From NCBI RefSeq assembly GCF_009914755.1, contig NC_060933.1: a stretch of 64,000 nt of DNA; one strand, 5' to 3'. Positions 53,861 through 64,000 of this stretch are shown here, one piece after another (position 1 is the first letter of the stretch; each line of letters opens with the position of its first letter). The notes beneath the pieces are model-generated. The model made no database searches. It was not told where the DNA came from and saw nothing but the letters and a program-made list of their open reading frames with translations. This DNA is from the human T2T-CHM13v2.0 reference genome, Homo sapiens. The translations under genes and the position numbers were made by a program.

Positions 53861-55714
53861 ACAACCAATAGAAATAGCTCAGAAATACTAAATAAAATAT
53901 ATTCAAATGTGATAACCAATCCGTATCTAAGATGGCTTTCCTGTTCCTAGGGAAAAGAGATAGATTTTTTTTTTTTTCTGAGTCTAGAGTATTATACTGT
54001 GTTCCTAAATAGGGGAAATCTTACAAGAAAACAGTGGGCAGGGTGGGGTCCCCAGCTGGGAAGAAGTTAGTGCTTAGGTTTACCTTGACTTTGTACTGAT
54101 CAGATAGTGCTTGAAACATTGTATTCAATTCTTGACAGCTCACTGCAGGAGGGCTTTCAGACCTGTAGTGTGTCCAAAAGAAGCCACGCAGAGTCATAGG
54201 GGCCTGGAAATCATGTCGCATTAAAAGTAGTTAAAGGAACTTTGAACACATAGACTAGAGCAGACTCAAGGGACATAGCCCTGTCTTCAGATGTAGATAA
54301 TGACATAGGATTGTCATGTAAAAGGGGGGAAGGTTTCCTACAATGTGGATCTCCTAATATGTGAACCAACGTCGCTGGAGACAAGATGTCAATTCAGGGG
54401 TACAGGGATTTCAGAAAGGAGGACATTAACAAGGGAAATGGTGAGCTGCTAGAATATCAGTTGTCAGATTTTTCAAAATGGATCCTTGCCCTTGGTGAGA
54501 AATTGCAATAGATAATCTTTGAAATGTTCTGACCAAAAGATGCTCCAAACCAGTCCCTTCATCACTGACAGGCAAAAAGTTTCTCATCCTTGGAGACAAA
54601 CTAAAATCTTTCTGTTAAAGAACCTAAACTTCACTTCAGGTAGAAGTTAGTAGTTATCACTGAGAAAGCTTTGATTTGGAGACTCTAAGCTCATCACATG
54701 CCAACATCGTTGCTCTTCAACATCTTCTAAGTTTAATACTTCACCTTGATTACTAGGCTTCTCAGATCCATGCTCGATCCAGCACCATCCCCCCACACCG
54801 CTTCCCTTGGCACCAAGCCAGAAATCCACTGCTGCCATTTGTGTTTTCATTTAGTAAATAAAGATCAGAAATGACTGCTGCTTTAATAGATTGAAAACTC
54901 GGGTCTGCAAATCAATATCTTGGGAGAATTAGAGAAGATTTGGAGAACAACAGTCAATCTCACTATAATTAAAAATAAGCTCTCACCTGCTACTAATTTC
55001 CTTCTTGTTTCTTTGCTAACAGAAATCTTTGTTTGAACAAAGAGGTAAAAGGCACAGTTAGAAGCTGTTTACATAGTGCAAATGAGAGTGCTAATTGTAG
55101 GAAGCCTGCATGCTAATGAGAAAGAGGTTATTTATCAGTGTGAAATTCGAGTGCAATAAATTGCAGGTGATATTTCAGGAAACATTCATTTTCTAATGAT
55201 TTCTTTTCACCTCCAACAGTGGCCCTAAATCAAAGTGCAGCATGTTGTAATGAAATGAGAATTGGTCTGGAAGCCGGGAGATCTGGTTGTGGTTCACAGC
55301 TAGCTGTGTACCCTTGGATAAACTGCTTTGCCTCTCTGAATTTTGGGCTCAACATCTGTGGAAATTAGGCATATCTAAGTTTTCTTGCAGCCCTGGCCAT
55401 CACAGTATAACAAGTACCAGCAGGTTACCTAGTTCTACTGAGAAGTAAGTTTCTTTTTCTTGGGATAGACTTTTGCTGTTCTGAAACCTTCTTATAAAAA
55501 TACATTCTTGGAAGGGGGCTGGCTTCCTAGCTCCCAGGTTTTCCCCTGCCCCCACTGTTATGCTTCTGTGCAGTTCTTTTTGAGGAACTTATTGAAGATC
55601 CCTGGAAGCAAGCCTCCACAGCAGCATCAGAACATCACATGCCTCTAGCTGCCCCCTCAGTCCCTTTCACCAAGCTCTGAAGAACCTCCAGGCCCCCTGA
55701 CCTCCTGGTGACTC

Positions 55715-56245
55715 ATACATTTCACAGATATTCTCTGAGCACCCATGCTGTGCACAGCACCAAGCTAAGCACTAGGAATACAGAATTCTGCAAGGCAGAT
55801 GTAGGTGATGCCCTCATGGAACTGACTATCTAATGGGAGAAGTCAGATGTCAAACAAATAATTACCCAAATAACTGTGCTAAGTGCTGCGTAGCAAAAGT
55901 GTGGGATGCTGTGACAGGGGAACCACCCTACCCTGGAGGGTTAAGAGACACTGTCCTGAGTGATGTTTGTACCAAGACCTAGAGAAGAAGTAAGCTGGTA
56001 CACAAAGACCCTGGGGTAAGAAGGAGCCCAGCACATCCAAGGACTAGAAAGAAGGTGAGTGTGACCAGAGGACCTTGAATAAGCAGAGAATGAACAAATG
56101 GAAGTTGAAGAAGTAGGTACAGCCAAGGTATGTAGAACTCTAGAGGTCACCTTAAGACTTTTGGACTCTGCCCCAAGGCAATCAGAAACTGTTAATAGAC
56201 TTTAAATGGGGCAGAGATATAATTAGACAGAGGAGTTTTATCAGC
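55715..56245 (-). mobile_element. L2 fragment
   Basis: gctaagcactaggaatacag...tgccctcatggaactgactatctaatgggaga. Confidence 0.7.
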
Positions 56246-56799
56246 CTCTCTCAATTATGTCTAAATTCAGGTTTCCAAGGGACTTGGCAGCACTCCGAAA
56301 CCCTCTTTCATTCCCTACCTGGGCTGTATATGTATATATGCCAAGCCCCAAGAGCAAAGGGTATCCCAGTGTATCCCAGGAAAATAAATCCACAAATAAC
56401 ACTTTGGTCACAATCCTGCAAGAGTCACTCTCAGAAGAAAGTCCAGCTTCTTCCATCAAGAAGCAGTTCTCTGGGATGCAGAGATGTTAGAAGGCACTCC
56501 ACCCTCCCTCCTGACCTCTCGCTCAGGTGTACAAGGTAGGATCTTTCCACAGGTAAACAGAAAGGATTTCCCTCCAAAGGGAAATACCAGGATGGAAGTG
56601 ATCAGCTAGAAACCCCAAAGGCTACAGCACAAAATGGGGCAGAAGCGCAGGAAAGGGTGTAGGAATAAAAGATGTCTGCAAGCTCCAGCCAAGGTCAAAT
56701 GGAGCTCTCAACTTCCACTCCCAGAAGCCTCTGCATTAACTGTTGCCAGGCACTTGTCGGGGAAAATGCAGACCCCCCCAGCCCCAGATCACTTGGCCC

Positions 56800-57070
56800 T
56801 CATAGGTAGTGCCTTGTGGAAGTCAGCACATAGGCCCTGGAGTCAGACCAACTGACTTCAAATCCTGATGCCACCTCTTTCTAGCTGTGTGGACTCAGAC
56901 AAATTGCCTCATCTAGTTTAGCCTGTTTCCTGGCATGTAAAATGAGCATCATTATGCTACCTACCTTGTAGGGTTGTTGGGAAAAGTGACTGAGTTAAAT
57001 TGTGAAAACTACTTAGAAACAATGCCCTCCTGGGACATAGTAAGACCCAGGTAATTGTTAACTATTATAA
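56800..57070 (+). mobile_element. MIR SINE, near full length
   Basis: ctggagtcagacc...ttcaaatcctg...ctagctgtgtg...tgtaaaatgag...gggacatagtaag. Confidence 0.8.
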
Positions 57071-59114
57071 CTTAGAGTCCTTAAGAGTGGGCCTGGAAAC
57101 CTGCATATTGAACAGGTTCCCTAAGTGATTCTCCGGACCTCTCATTAATGCTTTATCTTCTTTCTGGGGATAGCTGTATGCTAGCCCCTGGGCTATGCTT
57201 TTTATGTGTTTTCGTTCATTTAGGCACATGAGATATTGGTAATATTTCCTTATAGAGAGGACACAGGGGCGTAGAGTGGTTGAGTACCTTGTCCAGGGTC
57301 AGATTCTGAAATTTTGGATACTCTTTAGGAACAGCGTTTTCCACCAGAATAGAGACTCCAGGGGCAGCCTCAGAGGACCTGGGCAGAGAGTGGCTGTGAG
57401 CAGCATCGACACCTACTGCCCAGTGGGAATAGGATGGGTTTGAGGAAGGGCTGAAGCTGAGGGAAGATCTGATCCCCAGAAGATACTGTGCTTCTGCCCA
57501 GTGATTCAGGGAGCCCAGGGGAAGAGCTCAGCCCCGCCATCATGCAGCTGGCAGCTGCCCCCTTTGCTCCTTGCCTGCCACAGTCCTCCAGCAGCCTACA
57601 TGCCCTCCTCATGGCATGCCCTCTGTATGGGGTGGTTGTTGATAAGTGTGCCAACCCCTTGAGGCACCAACCACGCGACTGAAGTCTGGCTGTGTCTGCA
57701 GAGCCAAGCACAGTGCCTGGATTGCAGGAGGCAGGGATAAATGAAAGAACTATCACGGGCAGAAGAAGCCCCCAAATCAAAAGCTCTTCATCCCTCAAGT
57801 GGTCAAAAAGATAAGGCTGTCAGTCAGAAGCCTTACACTTCAGTCCCATCTCTGCTGCCTTCTGGCTGCTTCACCATCTGTAAAATGCCTACTATAATCA
57901 TTCAAATGAGAAAAAATGGATCCGAAAGGTGCCTGCACGTGATAAACTAATGTACAAAGATACGATCTTTGCTCTCCGTGAATAGAGACATGATAGTGAC
58001 ATGACATTAGATTGGGGTAAAGTTTAAGTGCCTAAAAGGTGCTACCTTCCTGGTCATTCCAGACAGACCTGCCCTCCTCTCTTTGTGCCCCACTCACCCT
58101 CCGCAGCCTTCATTGTAGCACCTGTGACCCTTTAGTGCATTTGTTAGTTGTCACCTGTTTCCCACGCCGGCTGAGAGTACAGCCTCTGAAGAAACAGCCC
58201 TTTGGGTTCACTCTCCTCCAGGGGCAGCAATGGAATCTACCCAACCAGGCCAAGGCATGACCCTGCTGGGCAGCCTACTCCTTCAGGACTGCCCCAGTGA
58301 TTGTTTCAACTAAAAGGTCTTTGGTGAAAGGAATTGAAGATTCTTGCTTCTGATCAACAAGCCTCCCCTGCCACGTAGGTAAGGTTGTCAGTATATGAGG
58401 AGCAAATTGCTACACAGTGGAGTCTCAGCCCCAGACAACAAAAGCCAGGCCTCCTGTCATAGCCAAGCCTGACTCTGGAGGGTCTGTGACAGACATCTGA
58501 TGAAGGTTTGTTAAATGAGTGAATGAATGATTCCTCCGAAAAGAAAGCCTTTCATTTCAGAAATTCTAAGAGTAAAATTTCACACAAATTACAATTATCC
58601 TATGGACACAAAGATGCCAGGCACATGGGTACTTGTTGCAGTAGATGAATGTTCCCTATTCCTCACGAATCCCAGCAACAACCCTGTGGGACAAAAACAG
58701 CCTTGATCTGACACACACTCCACTGCTCCCTGCCTGCCGCCCTGTGCTGCTCACCCAACTCCCCAGCCCTTTTGTCTTCACAATTCATCCTTCAACTCTG
58801 ATCTGAACTCAAAGGTCAATTATCCTAGAAAGCCTTTTTGAATGAGGGCCCCGGGAAGCAGGATGCTTGTATTCTTCCGAAGACAGTACAGCTGCCTATC
58901 AACTCATGGTAAAGGTACTGGTCTATAGTGGAGAAAGAAAGAGAGACACAGGGAGAGAGAGAGGTGCAATGTTTATCCCCAGGGTAACGTTTACCAAAGG
59001 AGGGAACGTGAAATCCCTGTTGGACTCATTAGAATTAATTACTAGTAAGACATCAGGTTAGGTTAGCAGGAATAATAGGTTAGCAGGAATAATAGCAAAG
59101 AAAGAGTAGTATCC

Positions 59115-59484
<370 letters not shown>

Positions 59485-59903
59485 TTAAAACCAGCTATTC
59501 TGCAGACAAAGAAATGAATGAACAGGCAATTTTCTGTGGCAACACACAGGAAAATTTCTGGTGGGGGCCAAGGAGGGATCAGGTGCACAGAAGTCGGCCA
59601 GGTCATTGTGCAGCCAGAAGGCAAGATTTCTGTTGTGGTCCTGTTTTCCTTCCTATTAGAGGTGGGGAACAATAGTGCATGGTGTAAAGGGTCTCCCCCA
59701 ACCCACCCAGAAGTCACAGTGAAGAGTCTCAAAGAAATACTTTTTCCATGCATAGTCAAAAATGAATATGAGAATGAAAGAAATAAGAAAATTATTCCAA
59801 AGAGGAAGGACTTAAAACCAATGTCCATAGTCTGAAAAGTGGGGAAGAAAGGAATGAAACTCTCCCACCAATTCTCAGAATAATGGGAAATTCCCAGTTT
59901 TTA

Positions 59904-60302
<399 letters not shown>

Positions 60303-60429
60303 TTACCATCGCCCTTCACATGCATACACCTCCCAGGAAGACAAAGACGACCTTCTATACCATAATTGATGCAGCCAAGTAGGGGGTGCTATCTTCCAAA
60401 AACGGGAACCCCCCAAGACTCAAACTTTC

Positions 60430-60665
60430 AGTTTGAGCATTTAGGGTGGAAAGATCAAGGGCACTCAGGCTGGCCTTGACAATAGGAATCATTGTCAAGT
60501 CATGCAACCACGCAAATTACCTAGCCTTTCTGAGCCTCCATTTTTTCATCTGTGAAATGGGCAAAAAAATCTCACAGATAGGGTTGTTATGAGATCTGAA
60601 AGATAATGACTAATGTAAAACACTTGGTACAATGGCTGTAAAATAACAGGGCCTCATAAAATGTT
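60430..60665 (+). mobile_element. MIR SINE
   Basis: ctgagcctccattttttcatctgtgaaatggg core. Confidence 0.72.
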
Positions 60666-61304
60666 CCAAGCCTTCCACCGTTTCTATAGATTTACTGATG
60701 AACAAAGAATTCAGAAGAAATCTGGAGGATTTCTTGGTTTCTAAGTAAAGGAAACTAAAAAGCATGTGAAGTCATCTTGTCTTCTAATTAAAAGTTATGA
60801 GTATTAAGAATATCTTTTCTGACTCACCAAAAGCAGGGTAGAATCCCTCCTAGGTCCCCCCTACAGCACCTTCATAACATCCCTCAATCACGGCACTCAG
60901 GCTACTGGTTGAAATACTATCATTGTCTGCTTACTTGTCTGTATCATCTACTAAATTATCAAGTTCAGAATATGATCAGGGACAGTATGTATCTACTTCA
61001 TAGATACTTGCCCAGTCCTTTATACAGTGTCTGAGTAGTTGTTTAATTAATTAATCAGCAGTAATTTGATTAATTAATATTCATCATTATTTAGGAGACA
61101 CATGTAGTATAAAAATATCTTACAATAAAAATCTGGATTAAAACCAAGAGTGACATCCATAATAAGATTCAAGAATAGAACAGAGAAATAAAAGATGGGT
61201 TTGGGGGTATGAAATTCCATGACTTCAGGAAGGGAAGGAAAGATAATGTTTTACTGTCTTCTATTTGGTTTGTTTTTTTGTTTTATTTTGTTTTGTTTTG
61301 TTTA

Positions 61305-61730
61305 TCAAATACATACACCTTAAAACAAATCAACACAGAAATATAAATAATAAGTGAAGGAATATGGGAAAAAGTATATAAACATAAAGCATAATTTCAA
61401 TATTATTTCCAGATAATATCGATTACCAGGCAAATGCACAAGTTCATCATTTATATTGGCAAAAGGTATAATTTACAATGAAAATATAATTTTAATGAAC
61501 ATTTATATGTCAATATTGCATTAACACGTGTAAAGCAAAAATTGTCAGAAATATAAAGAGAAAAATAACAGAAATGTGATCATATTCAGAAATGCTAACA
61601 AATCTGTCTTTGACAGATAAAAAAGTAAGCAAAGATGTAAAGATGCTGGTTAATCTATTTATTAAAATTGATTTAATGAATAAATTCATAAAATGCATTT
61701 GACATGAACAAACAGAAAATGTAATTTCTT
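61305..61730 (+). mobile_element. Very old L1 (L1ME-type) ORF2 endonuclease region, part 1
   Basis: A-rich L1 ORF2-like sequence (aaatacatacaccttaaaac, atgaacatttatatgtc); resumes at 63460. Confidence 0.6.
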
Positions 61731-61989
61731 TCTCCACATTTATTGTAGCATTATTCACAGTAGCCAAGATATAGAAACAACCTAAGTGTCCAACAATGAA
61801 CAAATAAATAAAGAAACTACAGTATATGGTTGAGCATCCCTAATTCAAAATCTGAAATAAAAAATGCTCCAAAATTCAAAACGTTTTGAGCACTGACATG
61901 ACACCACAAGTGGAAAATTCTACACCTGACCTCATGTGATGGGTCACATATATTAGTTTAAATACTGTATAAAATTACCTTTAGCCTAA

Positions 61990-62172
61990 TGATATAGTTT
62001 GGATATTTGTCCCTGCCCAAATCTCATTCTGAACTGTAATCCCCAATGCTGGAGGTGGGGCCTAGTGGGAGGTGTTTGGATCATGGGAGCGGATTCCTCA
62101 CAGCCTGGTGCTGTCTTCATGATAGTGAGTTCTCGCAAGATTTGGTCATTTAAAAGTGTGTGGCACTTTCTC

Positions 62173-62213
<41 letters not shown>

Positions 62214-62466
62214 ATTCTCTCTCTCTCTCACTCTCTCTATCTCATTCTCTCTCTCTCTCACTCTCTCTCTCTCTCGTTCCTGCTTTTGCGAAGTGAAGTG
62301 CCTGCTCCTGTTTCACCTTTTACTGTAATTGGAAGTTTCCCGAGGCCTCCCCAGAAGCAGATGCCATTATACAACTTGCAGAACCATGAGCCAATTAAAC
62401 CTCTTTTCTTATACATTACTCAGTCTCAGGTATTTCTTTATAGCAATGCAAGAATGGACTAATACA
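61990..62466 (+). mobile_element. MaLR solo LTR (MSTA-like) with internal (TC)n
   Basis: tgatatagtttggatatttgtccc...gactaataca; TSD cctaa / cctag. Confidence 0.93.
62168..62275. repeat. Interrupted (TC)n polypyrimidine tract
   Basis: Seen directly. Confidence 0.95.
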
Positions 62467-63194
62467 CCTAGGTATATACAGTGTATATGAAACATAAATG
62501 AATTGTGTATTTAGACTTGAGTCCCATACTCAAGATATCTTATTCATGTATAGGCAAATGTTCCAAAATCTGAAAAAAAAATCTGAAATCCAAAACACTT
62601 CTTGTCCCAAGCATTTCAGATAAGGGATATTCAATCTGTATATATACAATGGAATATTATTTGGGCATAAAAAAAGAATGAGATCTTGCCATTTGCCATA
62701 AGATGGATGAGTCTGGAAGATATTATGCTAAGTGAAATAAGCCAGACACAGAAAGAAAAATAATTTGCAAGATCTCATTTATATGTGGAATCTAAAAAAA
62801 AAAAAAAAGATCAAATATACAGAGATAGAAGACAAAATAGTGGTTACAAGGGTCGGGGTGGTGGGAGGAAATGGAAAGATGTAGGTCAGAGGATACAAAG
62901 TATCAGATACATAGGATGAACAAGTCTAGAGATCTAACATGCAACATGAAGACTATAGGTAACAAAATTGTACTGTATTTCAGATTCATGCCAAATGAGC
63001 ATATTTTAGCTGCTCTTGCCACAAAAAAGTAAAACAAGGAGTAGCTATGTGAGATGATTGATAAATATGTTCATTTGCTTCACTATACTTTTTACTATCT
63101 ATATGCTTCACTTTTACTATCTACATGTATTCCATAACATCTTGTTGTACACATTAAATATATACAATTTATTTAAAAAAAAAATTTTAAAAGA

Positions 63195-63350
63195 AGCTGG
63201 ATACAGTGGCATGCACCTGTAGTCTCAGCTACTCAGGAAGCTGAGGCAGGAGGATTGCTTGAGGCCAGGAGTTGGAGATCACAGTGAGCTAGGATCACGC
63301 CTGTGAGTAGCCACTGCATTCCAGCCTGGGCAACATAGTGAGGCCCCATC
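63195..63350 (+). mobile_element. Fossil Alu monomer (FAM-like)
   Basis: Single monomer retaining the 7SL-like gatcacgcctgtgagtagccactgca...gggcaacatagtgaggcccc segment absent from dimeric Alu arms. Confidence 0.85.
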
Positions 63351-63458
63351 AAAAAAGAAAGGAAGAAAGGAAGAAGGAAGAAAAGAAGAAAAGAAGGAAG
63401 GAAGGAAGGAAAGAAGGCAAGAAAAAGAAAGAAAGAGAAAGAAAAAGAAAGAAAGAAA
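63351..63458. repeat. GA-rich polypurine tail (GAA/GAAA/GGAA)
   Basis: Seen directly. Confidence 0.95.
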
Positions 63459-63459
63459 T

Positions 63460-63925
63460 CAAAGATGTAAAGGTGCTGATTAATTTATTAAAATTGATTT
63501 AATGTACAAATTTATAAAATTGTACAATTTAATATGAACAATCAGAAAACATACTTTCTGTTCCAAAACCTATACACTATTTACAATAATTTATCGTAAA
63601 GTAGGATACAGAGAAAAATTCAAAGTCCTAAAACCAAAGTTTCACAAGCTATATTCCTGAATGTAATGTAACAAAATTATAAATTAATAACCAAAGTTAG
63701 AAAGAAAAGTCCAACCACTTAAAAATTTTTAAAAATTACTCTAAAAAAATTGTTACAGAACTATAAATTATAATTGCAAATAATTTTAAATAAAAAATTT
63801 TAAACTCTACATTAAAATGTATATAAAATACCCAAACTATTTTCAGAAAAGTATATAGTCATAAATATTTCAATATTAAATAAGAAAGATATCAATGAAT
63901 GAATCTGTTATTTAAAGTCTAAAAA
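63460..63925 (+). mobile_element. Very old L1 ORF2 region, part 2
   Basis: Continues L1 endonuclease-like sequence (aaaacatactttctgttcc...ctatattcctgaatgtaatg...aaattaataacc). Confidence 0.6.
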
Positions 63926-63927
63926 AA

Positions 63928-64000
63928 GGCCGGATACAGTGGCTCACGCCTGTAATCCCAGCACTTTGGGAGGCCAAGGCTGGTGGATCACCTTAGGTCA
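63928..64000 (+). mobile_element. Alu SINE, 5' end (cut by window edge)
   Basis: ggccggatacagtggctcacgcctgtaatcccagcactttgggagg. Confidence 0.96.

Larger units (their letters stand above)
61826..62638 (+). mobile_element. Tigger4b/Zombi MITE, interrupted by an MSTA LTR
   Basis: TIRs ggttgagcatccct / agggatattcaatctg followed by TA; internal caagtggaaaattctacacctgacctcatgtga. Confidence 0.88.
61735..63185 (+). mobile_element. L1MA (4/5-like) 3' end, interrupted by Tigger4b
   Basis: tttattgtagcattattcacagtagccaagatatagaaacaacctaagtgtcc; resumes at 62639 (atacaatggaatattat...attatgctaagtgaaataagccag). Confidence 0.9.

Noticed and set aside
61986-62462. ERERE / SLSLS low-complexity ORFs
   Set aside because: Translation of the (TC)n tract inside the MSTA LTR

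Overview
Primate (almost certainly human, given AluY copies) non-coding genomic DNA: a large intron or gene desert. I find no credible protein-coding exon, RNA gene, CpG island or CRISPR array. The supplied ORFs are Alu-, L1- or LTR-derived, microsatellite artefacts, or chance. Much of the window is a layered record of transposons: about 12 Alu/FAM SINEs, several old L1 pieces, many L2 and MIR fragments, L3/CR1, about 12 MaLR/ERVL LTRs, and hAT/Tigger DNA transposon MITEs, several with readable target-site duplications. Subfamily names are from recalled consensus motifs, and boundaries of old repeats are approximate. The most unusual signals are fossil rearrangement scars: (i) a ~285-bp fold-back palindrome that replaces most of an old L1; (ii) two ~80-bp near-perfect copies of nearby DNA pasted into L2 remnants, with inverted or direct micro-templates at the junctions; (iii) a ~100-bp duplication flanking a deeply nested L1/Tigger/LTR block. 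A strong plus-strand bias of Alu and L1 hints at a minus-strand host gene. Several repeat-free, motif-dense blocks are enhancer candidates. I see no evidence for a new gene system.
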